Shown in pieces: positions 37,008-44,912 of a stretch of DNA of 52,713 nucleotides (its first letter is position 1; each line of letters begins with the position of its first letter). The notes under the pieces are model-generated. The model was not told where the DNA came from. It made no database searches and saw only the letters and a list, made by a program, of their open reading frames with translations. Origin of the DNA: Minisyncoccota bacterium (lineage in GTDB: Bacteria > Patescibacteriota > Minisyncoccia > Phycocordibacterales > SW-6-46-9). The stretch spans positions 1 through 52,713 of the forward strand of contig JBBDUG010000004.1 of the NCBI GenBank assembly GCA_040904025.1, written 5' to 3'. The position numbers and the translations under genes were made by a program.

Positions 37008-39670
37008 TGACAGTATCACTCGGACAATATGGACCTCCTGCGCATGCACGTTCTGTAGAGAATGTTGCCTCCGAGTTTAAGACTAATATAGAGACAGGAC
37101 TCTCTTCATCTGAGGTTGAAGAGAGAAGAGAGGTGTATGGAGAGAATATTTTCGAGAAGCGGTCAGGGTGGAGCATACTTCATTCTCTTTCTACACAATT
37201 CTCTTCTCCGCTTGTACTCCTCCTTGTATTTGCGGCTGTTGCAACATATCTATTAGGACATACTGTCGATACGATTGTTATCGCTCTTGCTCTTGCGATA
37301 AATGTCATTATCGGTGTATTGCAGGAGGGGAGAGCATCACAAGCCTTTGAGAAGCTTTCGTCTTCTCAGAGGCATTTTGCAACTGTGCTGCGGGATGGTA
37401 ACAAGGTGCAGGTGGATACACGAGATCTTGTACCAGGTGATATTGTTATCCTTGAACCTGGTGGATGGGTGCCGGCAGATCTTCGACTTGTCTCAACAAA
37501 TGATTTGCAAGTGGATGAAGCCGCGTTGACGGGAGAGTCTCTTTCGGTTGCAAAATCTCCCGAGGTAGTTGAGAAGGATATTCCTGTGACCGAGCGGGGC
37601 AATATGGCATGGATGGGTACTGTTATCACCGGCGGGGTAGGAAAGGGGGTTGTGGTCTCTATTGGAGGCCATACAGAGATGGGGAAGATAGCTGAGGAGC
37701 TCGGGGGAAAGGATACAGTTGTTACCCCCATTCAGCGCAATGTGGCGCGTCTAGCTCATTTCATCTCTGCAATTGCTGTTGGGGCGATTGTTCTAATCAC
37801 TGCATTAGGGCTCATTCGTGGAGAGGATCTCGTTGAGATGCTTACCGTCGCTATTGCCATTGCGGTATCAGCCGTGCCCGAAGGGCTTCCAGCAGCGGTT
37901 GCTGTTGTACTTGCGGTGGGGATGGAGCGTCTGCTTGCACGTGGGGGGCTTGTAAAGAATCTGCAGGCAGCAGAGACACTCGGCTCCACCACTGTCATCC
38001 TCACAGACAAGACCGGTACCCTCACTCAGGCAAAAATGCATGTGGGGGATTTGGTTTCCGTCTCTCGTATCGTTGGAGTCGGAGAATCGGGAGGGCATGA
38101 TCTACTGCGCTTTGCCATACTTGCATCGGATGCATATTTAGAGACCGTTGAGGGTGAGGAGCGTATACAGGGGCGTCCGGTAGAGCGGGCAATTCTCGGT
38201 GCTGCATTAGAGCGCGGACTACATGATGATGCTGCCTCTATTGGAGAGCGACGTATAGATTACTCTATCTTCTCTTCTGATAGGAAATACGCTGCGTCTC
38301 TCTCTCATATTGGAGAGGAGAGATATCTTGTTTTGACCGGAGCACCGGAGGTGCTCCTTGATCTCTCATCCTCTGTGTATGTGGATGGTGAAGATGTGGA
38401 GTTGAGTGATGAGTATCGGGAGAAAATTATACGGGAGCAGAAAGAGAGGAGTGGTAATGGGGAGCGGTTAATTGCTGTAGCGCGTGCGAAGACTGATGCA
38501 GAGCATGTTTCTCTGGATTCCGAAGGAAGAGTGTCATCAGATGCACTTTCTGGACTTGCATTTTTGGGGATAATATCACTTGAAGATCCAGTGCGCGAAG
38601 GGGTTGCAGAGGAGGTGAAGCGTGCACGGGGGGCAAGTGTGCGAGTTGTGATGGTTACCGGTGATAATCCGGAGACAGCTGGGCATGTTGCGGAGGTGGT
38701 TGGTATTTCCGGCACAAGAGTTGTGCACGGCCGAGAATTTGAAAAATTTAGTGACGCGGAGGTGAAAGAGGCGGTATATGATGGTGCAATCTTTGCGCGG
38801 GTGACACCTGCGCATAAATTGCGTATTTCCAAAGTATTACGCAAGGCAGGAGAGGTTGTTGCAATGACCGGAGATGGGGTGAATGATGCACCGGCTCTGA
38901 AGAGTGCTGATATCGGAATTGCTGTTGGTTCGGGAACAGAGGTTGCAAAAGAGGCATCTGATCTCATCCTCTTGGATGACAGCTTTGCTGTTATCGTTGC
39001 AGCAATAGAGGAGGGGCGTCGGATCGGTGATAATTTGAAGCGGATTGTGACACACCTCATTGCAACAAGTTTTGGCGGTATTATTTTAATTGCCGGTGCA
39101 CTCTTGTTTGCCATGCCGCTGCCAATCCTGCCAGTACAGATTCTCTGGCTTAACATAATTGAAGAGGGGTTCTTGAACTTCCCGTTTGCCTTCGAGCCAG
39201 CGGCATCTGGGGTTATGAAGCGTAATCCGCAGGAGGCGGGTTCTCGAGAATTCTTAACGAAGAAGATAAAGAAGCTCATGATCACCAGTGGTGTCTTGAC
39301 TGGGGTATTTACCACCACACTCTTTGTTACGCTCTATTCTATGGGTACTGATTTGGATGTACTGCGTACATTAATGTTCGTCGCACTCTCATTTGATGCA
39401 CTCTTTTTCACACTCTCTCTGAAGGACTTTGAGGCACCTATTTGGAGAATTGATTTTAGTACCAATATTTGGCTTGTTCTTGCATTCTGTGCCAGTGTTG
39501 CACTCCTTATTGGAGCCCTTGTATTACCACCGCTCTCTGGACTTCTCTCACTTGTGGCACTAGAGGGATGGCACTACGCACTTCTGGGTGGTGTTGCTCT
39601 CTTTAATCTTGGTGTTATTGAGGCAACAAAGTATAGACTCTTTATCGCTCCGTTGCGGGCGGGTAATTGA
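37004..39670 (+). CDS. P-type cation-transporting ATPase (type II, Ca2+/Mg2+-like)
   Basis: 888 aa. TGES, DKTGTLT and TGDGVNDAPAL motifs. ATGA overlap with the upstream gene. Confidence 0.92.
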   Translation: MMTVSLGQYGPPAHARSVENVASEFKTNIETGLSSSEVEERREVYGENIFEKRSGWSILHSLSTQFSSPLVLLLVFAAVATYLLGHTVDTIVIALALAINVIIGVLQEGRASQAFEKLSSSQRHFATVLRDGNKVQVDTRDLVPGDIVILEPGGWVPADLRLVSTNDLQVDEAALTGESLSVAKSPEVVEKDIPVTERGNMAWMGTVITGGVGKGVVVSIGGHTEMGKIAEELGGKDTVVTPIQRNVARLAHFISAIAVGAIVLITALGLIRGEDLVEMLTVAIAIAVSAVPEGLPAAVAVVLAVGMERLLARGGLVKNLQAAETLGSTTVILTDKTGTLTQAKMHVGDLVSVSRIVGVGESGGHDLLRFAILASDAYLETVEGEERIQGRPVERAILGAALERGLHDDAASIGERRIDYSIFSSDRKYAASLSHIGEERYLVLTGAPEVLLDLSSSVYVDGEDVELSDEYREKIIREQKERSGNGERLIAVARAKTDAEHVSLDSEGRVSSDALSGLAFLGIISLEDPVREGVAEEVKRARGASVRVVMVTGDNPETAGHVAEVVGISGTRVVHGREFEKFSDAEVKEAVYDGAIFARVTPAHKLRISKVLRKAGEVVAMTGDGVNDAPALKSADIGIAVGSGTEVAKEASDLILLDDSFAVIVAAIEEGRRIGDNLKRIVTHLIATSFGGIILIAGALLFAMPLPILPVQILWLNIIEEGFLNFPFAFEPAASGVMKRNPQEAGSREFLTKKIKKLMITSGVLTGVFTTTLFVTLYSMGTDLDVLRTLMFVALSFDALFFTLSLKDFEAPIWRIDFSTNIWLVLAFCASVALLIGALVLPPLSGLLSLVALEGWHYALLGGVALFNLGVIEATKYRLFIAPLRAGN

Positions 39671-39702
39671 GTAAAGGGGATTAATACCTGTATACTAGAT
39701 AT

Positions 39703-40722
39703 ATGACAGCTGTTGTTATAGTCGGAATAATCATTATTATCCTTCTCGGGGCAGTTCTTTGGCGCCTCTCGTCTGTTGGTGGTGGATCATTTGTACAAAA
39801 AGAAATACAGGATCTACGTCGTACAGTCGATGAGAAGTTGGGGCAGTCTCATGATATTGTTGCCTCTTCAGTTGAGAAGCAATTTAAAGAGTCTCAAAAG
39901 CTCATACAGAATATCACCAAAGAGCTTGAGGGGGTGAAGAAAACAAATGAACAGGTGTTTTCTATAACAGAGTCATTAGGGAATCTTGAAAAGGTTCTGA
40001 AGCATCAGAAGCAGCGGGGGAATTTAGGGGAGCGGGGATTAAAGTTGATTCTTGAGAATATATTGCCACCAAATGCATTTTCCACACAATTCTCATTTGA
40101 TGATGGTACAGCTGTTGATGCGGTGATTCATACAAAGAATGGGATTATTCCCATTGATGCAAAGTTTAGTTTGGATAATTATAATCGGGCGATAGCCGAA
40201 GAAGATGAAGAGAAGAAAGAGCAGTATGAACATGAGTTCAGAAAAGATCTTAAAAAGAGAATAGATGAGACAGCGAAGTATATTCGAGAGAAAGACGGGA
40301 CACTTCCGTTTGCCCTTATGTACATTCCGGCGGAGGGTATCTACTACGATCTTCTTGTTGGCTCTGTTGGTGCTAATGCGCGGGCACGGGACTTGATTGA
40401 GTATGCGTATAGGGATAAGAAGGTGATTATTGTCTCACCGACAACGTTTGTAGCGTATTTGCATACTATTCTGCAGGGATTCCGTGCATTCCAGATAGAG
40501 GAGCGAGCTAAAGAGATAGAGGAGAATGTCCGTAAATTGGGTCGTCATATTGCAACATATGAGGATGCACATGGGCGGTTGGGTAAATCACTCTCTACGA
40601 CTGTGAATCATTACAATCGATCGCGTAAGGAGCTGGGGAAAATGGATAAGGATGTTATGAAAATATCTGGTGATTCTGCGGAGATAGAAGAGATTTTATT
40701 AGATAGGCCAGAGGGGGAATAA
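39703..40722 (+). CDS. rmuC: DNA recombination protein RmuC
   Basis: N-terminal TM, coiled coil, QRGNLGERGL..ILE motif, C-terminal nuclease-like region. Confidence 0.85.
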   Translation: MTAVVIVGIIIIILLGAVLWRLSSVGGGSFVQKEIQDLRRTVDEKLGQSHDIVASSVEKQFKESQKLIQNITKELEGVKKTNEQVFSITESLGNLEKVLKHQKQRGNLGERGLKLILENILPPNAFSTQFSFDDGTAVDAVIHTKNGIIPIDAKFSLDNYNRAIAEEDEEKKEQYEHEFRKDLKKRIDETAKYIREKDGTLPFALMYIPAEGIYYDLLVGSVGANARARDLIEYAYRDKKVIIVSPTTFVAYLHTILQGFRAFQIEERAKEIEENVRKLGRHIATYEDAHGRLGKSLSTTVNHYNRSRKELGKMDKDVMKISGDSAEIEEILLDRPEGE

Positions 40723-40758
40723 AAAGAGCTCTCCGGGTGGGGGAGAGCGGGTCGAGAC

Positions 40759-41112
40759 CTACATATCAGGGGCAACTTTTTTATCCATCATTTTCAGGAC
40801 TTCGAGACGCGTCCTGATGTAGTCGATGGAGATGTTTCCACTGATAGAGTATTTTGATTCGCCGTTTAAAAAGAAGACGAGAGTAGGAGTTTTTCGAATA
40901 CTGAGTTTTTGAGAGAGCTGAATTACCTCTTCGATATCGATTTTGCATGCTGTTGCATGAGGATATGATCGCCCATCGATATCCTTGAGCAGTCTTTCTA
41001 CCCTCCTTGCACTCTTTTCTTCTTCTTCTTCCGAGAAGAAGAGTGCAACGAGAACAGAGGTATTTTTCAGTGCCTTCCCTAGTTCCTTGGCCGATACTTC
41101 TTTGCAGGTCAT
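40759..41112 (-). CDS. Thioredoxin-fold protein lacking the CXXC motif
   Basis: TPTLVFFLNGE pattern of thioredoxins. The CXXC position reads FFSEEEEEKS. Confidence 0.5.
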   Translation of the reverse strand: MTCKEVSAKELGKALKNTSVLVALFFSEEEEEKSARRVERLLKDIDGRSYPHATACKIDIEEVIQLSQKLSIRKTPTLVFFLNGESKYSISGNISIDYIRTRLEVLKMMDKKVAPDM

Positions 41113-41259
41113 GGTCGTGGTTCTTTTATGTTGTGTACAGGATGTCGAGCTAGGGAGAATAATACAGTCAATTACTCATCTAGTCAAGAAGTGTTGATAT
41201 CTCTTCCTCATTGTTGTCTAGAGTACGGTACAATTAAAGGTATAGCATTATCAGTTAAT

Positions 41260-41466
41260 ATGATACACATGCTACATAAGATTTCGTTCCTTCTATTGGT
41301 CATCGGTGGTCTTAACTGGCTTGTCCTTGCAGTGAGTGGATGGGAGATCGGACAGCTATTTGGCGGACAGGATGCACTTATCTCACAGATCATCTATGTA
41401 CTAGTTGGACTTGCAGCAATCGTCGAAGTATTCAAACACAAAGATGCTTGCAAGAAGTGCAACTAA
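41260..41466 (+). CDS. DUF378-family small membrane protein
   Basis: Internal ATG. FLLLVIGGLNWLVLAV....GQLFGG......IYVLVGLAAI pattern. Confidence 0.7.
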   Translation: MIHMLHKISFLLLVIGGLNWLVLAVSGWEIGQLFGGQDALISQIIYVLVGLAAIVEVFKHKDACKKCN

Positions 41467-41478
41467 AGATATATATAC

Positions 41479-41505
41479 AAACCGTCCCGCAAGGGCGGTT
41501 TTGTT
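41479..41505 (+). terminator. Intrinsic terminator
   Basis: ACCGTCCC-GCAA-GGGCGGT followed by TTTTG. Confidence 0.65.
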
Positions 41506-41512
41506 ATTGGAG

Positions 41513-41521
41513 ATATCCACA
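41513..41521 (+). promoter_or_regulatory. DnaA-box-like 9-mer with one mismatch (ATATCCACA)
   Basis: Read from the sequence; TATAAT at 41542-41547. Confidence 0.35.
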
Positions 41522-41597
41522 GTCGGGAAGTGAGGGGATGGTATAATAAATATCTAGAATAGGCTCCTTATCTTCCCAACTATATTGCAGACACATC

Positions 41598-41816
41598 ATG
41601 CCCTTAGAACATCGAAGGGGAACAATCATCCGTGTTCCTGAGACAATAGATGCATTCTTCGATCGACACGAGAGTGATCATGATATCTATACCTCAACAG
41701 CAGATCGAAAGGAGGAAGCAGGTGATACCTCCGGTGCTGAACACTACCGTAAGATAGCCGTGGCTGTCTCTAAGAACCTAGATACATTTAAACAGGTATT
41801 GGAGTTGCCGGCATAG
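41598..41816 (+). CDS. Hypothetical small acidic protein
   Basis: ORF track; followed by a terminator. Confidence 0.45.
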   Translation: MPLEHRRGTIIRVPETIDAFFDRHESDHDIYTSTADRKEEAGDTSGAEHYRKIAVAVSKNLDTFKQVLELPA

Positions 41817-41835
41817 AGCATATGGGTTTGCTCGT

Positions 41836-41866
41836 ACACGCTGATTTAATACATCGGCGTGTTTTT
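41836..41866 (+). terminator. Intrinsic terminator
   Basis: 10-bp stem ACACGCTGAT / ATCGGCGTGT followed by T5. Confidence 0.65.
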
Positions 41867-41886
41867 CTTTCCATTGAGGAGATAGG

Positions 41887-42339
41887 ATGTGGCCAGAACC
41901 GATTGCTGTTGAATTTGAATCAGGTAGGTCTGGTACAATAATCTTAATGAAGGACAAAAAGTCTTTTAACAAATGGAATCGTAAAAAGAAAAAGATTCAT
42001 TATGACAAAGAAAGACCATTTTTTGATGTGCGGGAAGTTTGGTTTGCACATCTGGGGGCTAATGTTGGATATGAACAAGATGGCTCAGGTGGAGAATTCC
42101 TCCGTCCTGTAGTAGTTGTAAAGAAGTTTAACAATGAAATTGGATGGATATTACCTCTAACGAAGACCAGGAAGGATAATAAATATTATTTCAGAGTAGA
42201 TTTTAAAGCAGGGGAGAGCAGGGTGATTTTGTCGCAGATTAAGCTACTTGATGTAAAGCGGTTAAAATATAAAGCAGGGTATCTAAGTGAAGAAGAGTTT
42301 ACTGAATTGAAAAAACGTCTCAGGGATTTCTTATCCTAA
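41887..42339 (+). CDS. PemK/MazF-family toxin-like protein with an N-terminal extension
   Basis: VREVWFAHLGANVGYEQDG....RPVVVV......I..LPLT.......Y.........S.VILSQIKLLDVKRL matches the MazF/PemK fold pattern. GAGGAG Shine-Dalgarno sequence before 41887. Confidence 0.7.
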   Translation: MWPEPIAVEFESGRSGTIILMKDKKSFNKWNRKKKKIHYDKERPFFDVREVWFAHLGANVGYEQDGSGGEFLRPVVVVKKFNNEIGWILPLTKTRKDNKYYFRVDFKAGESRVILSQIKLLDVKRLKYKAGYLSEEEFTELKKRLRDFLS

Positions 42340-42430
42340 GACGTTTTTCTTTATACTCCGCCGAAGCGGAGAGGGCCGAAGCCATTTGTACATATAGACT
42401 AGCATAACCAATAAAAGTTTCAATACCAAA

Positions 42431-42452
42431 AGAACCACCTCTCGGTGGTTCT
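42431..42452. repeat. Hairpin AGAACCACC-TCTC-GGTGGTTCT, near-copy of the hairpin at 43803-43826
   Basis: Read directly. On the minus strand it is followed by TTTTGG. Confidence 0.6.
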
Positions 42453-42556
42453 GATGATTCCAAAACGGAAAAATTTGTTGAGGAGATAGGACGTGGTTGG
42501 AACCAAATACTAGAAGAAGTCGTAAAAACATGGCAAATTCGAGCCGTTTAAATGAC

Positions 42557-42584
42557 TTGACAGCAGTACAAAGGAATGTATAAT
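42557..42584 (+). promoter_or_regulatory. Near-consensus sigma70 promoter
   Basis: TTGACA (42557-42562), 16-nt spacer, TATAAT (42579-42584). A ~100-nt leader follows, containing hairpin AAGTCC-TGAAC-GGACTT plus a T-run. Confidence 0.7.
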
Positions 42585-42688
42585 AACTTATGAAGTAAGT
42601 CCTGAACGGACTTTTTGTACTTTGAGAATGTCCACAGATCGTGGATATACATACTCAGGTTTAACTAACTAAAAGCGAGGGTTTCGCT

Positions 42689-43273
42689 ATGAGAAGCAAC
42701 CACAAGGGTTTTGTGGCCTACTCCAAAGAGCAAGGCGGTGAACATGTCTGGTACGTCAAGGTTGATGAACCTCGTTCTCCCCACCACCTGAAGCCTTGTG
42801 TTGTTGTCAATAGGAATGACAACTTCACTCTTCAGCCCGGTTTGGAGGTCGAGTTCATACTTGATAATCCAGAGGGCACCGATAAGCTCTTTGCACACGC
42901 TGTTGCTCCTCTGATCTCTCGTGTTGAGGGAGAAGCGGAAAGGCGTGTGGATGAGAACAGTGACCCGAAATACGAACTTGTGATCGTAGTGACCAGGTTT
43001 CGTGATGGACGGATACGCGCTGAACTCATCAACTGCATTTCTCGTGAGCAGATCGAGGAAGAATGGCATCGTGAAATGCCTGGTGAAGCAGAAGTAATCG
43101 GCTATCTGCCGTTTACGGAAGCTTTCCAAGGTGTTAATTACGATCACATTCATGTTGATCCGAATGCCAAAGATGCACTGCTTTCACTTGCAGGTGTCGA
43201 TGGGATCCAAGAAGCATTCGAGAGTCTGCTAACGAGGGTGTACAACCTTAACCGAAATGAAAACAAAGACTGA
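42689..43273 (+). CDS. Hypothetical protein, possibly with a degenerate N-terminal cold-shock-like OB module
   Basis: KGFVAY....GGEHVWYVKV ... LQPGLEVEF loosely resembles CSD motifs. C/G-rich third codon positions by eye. Confidence 0.5.
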   Translation: MRSNHKGFVAYSKEQGGEHVWYVKVDEPRSPHHLKPCVVVNRNDNFTLQPGLEVEFILDNPEGTDKLFAHAVAPLISRVEGEAERRVDENSDPKYELVIVVTRFRDGRIRAELINCISREQIEEEWHREMPGEAEVIGYLPFTEAFQGVNYDHIHVDPNAKDALLSLAGVDGIQEAFESLLTRVYNLNRNENKD

Positions 43274-43280
43274 TAAAACC

Positions 43281-43694
43281 ATGTCTTTCCCTAATGGTAA
43301 CTGTGCAGTAATGCGTCATGCTGATGATCGAAGAGGAGGTATTACTGATACTTCGATCCAAGTTCTTCAACGAGTCGCTAAAGATCTGCGTGAGCAGATT
43401 GGCGAAAAGGAGGTGAGAATTTTTCATTCACCGCTTCGTCGCGCGATGTGGACCGCTCAGAATCTTGCCAAGTTTCTCAGGCAAGAGAGCAACACCGCGA
43501 TCATAGCCGGACCTCTGGAATGGCTTTATTGTGGTGAAGAAGCTATCGCACGGCACATTGATGAGTTTGAGGAACCGGAGGACTTCGTAGTCCTCATCTC
43601 TCATCAGCCCGATCTGGAACACTTTCTATGTGTTAGAAGTGGGGTTACGAATTGCTCCCTCTTTGCGAGGGACTTTCGGATAAAGGGTCACTAG
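43281..43694 (+). CDS. SixA-like histidine phosphatase superfamily protein (alternative start at 43257)
   Basis: AVMRHADD (RH. motif), HSPLRRAMWTAQ, ISHQPDLEHF. Confidence 0.7.
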   Translation: MSFPNGNCAVMRHADDRRGGITDTSIQVLQRVAKDLREQIGEKEVRIFHSPLRRAMWTAQNLAKFLRQESNTAIIAGPLEWLYCGEEAIARHIDEFEEPEDFVVLISHQPDLEHFLCVRSGVTNCSLFARDFRIKGH

Positions 43695-43730
43695 ACCCTT
43701 TCCAGCTGCCTGAGTATGCACAAACTACTC

Positions 43731-43768
43731 ACCACCATGTTTCCTTCGGGAGATATGGTGGTTTTTTC
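43731..43768 (+). terminator. Intrinsic terminator
   Basis: 14-bp stem ACCACCATGTTTCC / GGAGATATGGTGGT with TTCG loop, followed by T6. Confidence 0.7.
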
Positions 43769-43802
43769 TTTGGAACTGTATTATTTTCACTAATATAATA
43801 AC

Positions 43803-43826
43803 AGAAACCACCTCTTGGTGGTTTCT
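43803..43826 (-). terminator. Hairpin downstream of tRNA-Met (probable tRNA terminator); near-copy of the hairpin at 42431-42452
   Basis: AGAAACCACC-TCTT-GGTGGTTTCT. Confidence 0.5.
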
Positions 43827-43861
43827 GGCACGAAGTACACAAAGTGCACAATGTTAACTTT

Positions 43862-43932
43862 TGCGGGGGCCGGATTTGAACCGACGTCTGGAGGTTATGA
43901 GCCTCCCGAGGTACCGCTCCTCCACCCCGCGA
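43862..43932 (-). tRNA. tRNA-Met (CAT), probable initiator tRNA-fMet; CCA not encoded
   Basis: The reverse complement folds as a cloverleaf: acceptor CGCGGGG/CCCCGCA with a C1:A72 mismatch, D stem GAGG/CCTC, anticodon stem GGAGG/CCTCC with loop CTCATAA, T arm GTCGG-TTCAAAT-CCGGC. Acceptor and T arms are identical to E. coli tRNA-fMet as I recall it. Only 2 of the 3 usual G:C pairs are present next to the anticodon loop. Confidence 0.85.
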
Positions 43933-44077
43933 TGTTTATTCAATTGTACGACTATTATAGGCGTATGGGGTGTAAAGTCAAAGGGAGAAATGGGTTAGAG
44001 TCTACATCTTTTATGTTATCCCCTTTTACAAAAGGGGATAGTACAGTATCATTTATATATGTAACTGTTCTGTATAT

Positions 44078-44524
44078 ATGAACACTAAGAATAAATACAC
44101 AACTCTCGCTGCTCCGATTGTTGTCATTATCCTCGCAGTCATTTTGCTGTTGCTCGGTCAGGAGACCGAAAGAGCACCACAGGTGACCGAAGAAGTGGGG
44201 GCTGTATCAACACAGCAGAGTGATACATTTGATATTCCGTCCGATCTCCCTATAGATGGTGATATTGAAGAGTCGTATACTACTGGGGGTAATGGATCTA
44301 TAGTACAGGTGATGGTCTATCATTCCGCCTCAACTGTCTCTGCTGTTGCAGAGATGTATACAACCTATTATCAGGAGAACGGATATACACTCCTTGACTC
44401 AAGCCAAGAGAATGGGGTATTGGCGTTTTTAGGTGTTAGCAATGGGACACAGATGACTGTTGTGGGGTATGAGAATGGAGAGAATACACTCGTTGAGGTG
44501 TCGCTGAGGCGATTGGGGGAGTAA
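44078..44524 (+). CDS. Small N-terminally anchored secreted protein, paralog family member 1
   Basis: TM helix, linker, then a ~90-aa domain whose block (VMVYHSASTVSAVAEMYTTYYQENGYTL) resembles the proteins at 46736 and 47390. Confidence 0.6.
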   Translation: MNTKNKYTTLAAPIVVIILAVILLLLGQETERAPQVTEEVGAVSTQQSDTFDIPSDLPIDGDIEESYTTGGNGSIVQVMVYHSASTVSAVAEMYTTYYQENGYTLLDSSQENGVLAFLGVSNGTQMTVVGYENGENTLVEVSLRRLGE

Positions 44525-44556
44525 CACTTTTTCTCGTCTAATTTAATTTTAGTTTT

Positions 44557-44585
44557 TTGCGTGTAAAAAACCTTTAAGCTATACT
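44557..44585 (+). promoter_or_regulatory. Sigma70-like promoter for the precursor-peptide ORF
   Basis: TTGCGT (44557-44562), 17-nt spacer, TATACT (44580-44585). Confidence 0.5.
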
Positions 44586-44660
44586 AACTATAGCTGGTGG
44601 CTTTAGTTACCGCCCCGCTCTCTTTTTCGTAGTTCTTTTCACTAGACTGGTAATCGACTC

Positions 44661-44849
44661 ATGACCAGCATTCTTTCTGAACATCCCCGAGGTGTACCAC
44701 TTGAGAGCTCTGAATCTCAGGGGGGAGATCACTCGACCACCCAGCCGTTCCTGACTCGCTTTATAGAGCCTCAGGGAATGGCCGGAGGAACCCAAACCTA
44801 CTATGTCTCTGACGGCGGCACTCAGGACATTAAGTGGGATCCCGACTGA
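44661..44849 (+). CDS. Candidate graspetide (microviridin-like) precursor peptide, 62 aa
   Basis: Leader PFLTRFI (44745-44765) resembles the microviridin leader motif PFFARFL. The C-terminus GGTQTYYVSD-GGTQDIKWDPD is rich in Thr/Ser/Lys donors and Asp acceptors. It has its own promoter and terminator and lies beside an MdnC-like ligase. Confidence 0.6.
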   Translation: MTSILSEHPRGVPLESSESQGGDHSTTQPFLTRFIEPQGMAGGTQTYYVSDGGTQDIKWDPD

Positions 44850-44878
44850 GCTTAATCTGGCGGGAAGTTTAAGAAAAG

Positions 44879-44912
44879 CCCCCTGCGTGCAAACACAGGG
44901 GGTTATTTTTTT
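44879..44912. terminator. Bidirectional terminator between the precursor (+) and the ATP-grasp gene (-)
   Basis: CCCCCTG / CAGGGGG hairpin. TTATTTTTTT on the + strand and CTTTTCTT on the - strand. Confidence 0.65.

Noticed and set aside
38305-39318. Long antisense ORFs: 337 aa here, and also 13191..13655, 15698..16261, 24304..24831, 45868..46332 and 50356..51054
   Set aside because: Each lies entirely opposite a confidently identified gene (ATPase, glyA, argS, metG, the 172-aa protein, lipoprotein B). Each has a low-complexity Ser/Pro/Arg-rich composition typical of shadow ORFs.
42453-42560. A second tRNA or small RNA gene upstream (minus strand) of the 42431 hairpin
   Set aside because: No cloverleaf could be folded, and the GGTTCCAACC segment lacks complementary T-stem arms. 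No promoter was evident. It is kept only as part of the cassette finding.
43815-44081. 88-aa + strand ORF
   Set aside because: It overlaps the minus-strand tRNA-Met gene and its flanks, so it is a spurious ORF.
44607-44795. Minus-strand 62-aa ORF downstream of the ATP-grasp gene as the precursor peptide
   Set aside because: It lies beyond the bidirectional terminator on that strand. It is highly basic with no Asp/Glu acceptors near its C-terminus and has no leader motif. The overlapping + strand ORF carries PFLTRFI and has its own promoter.
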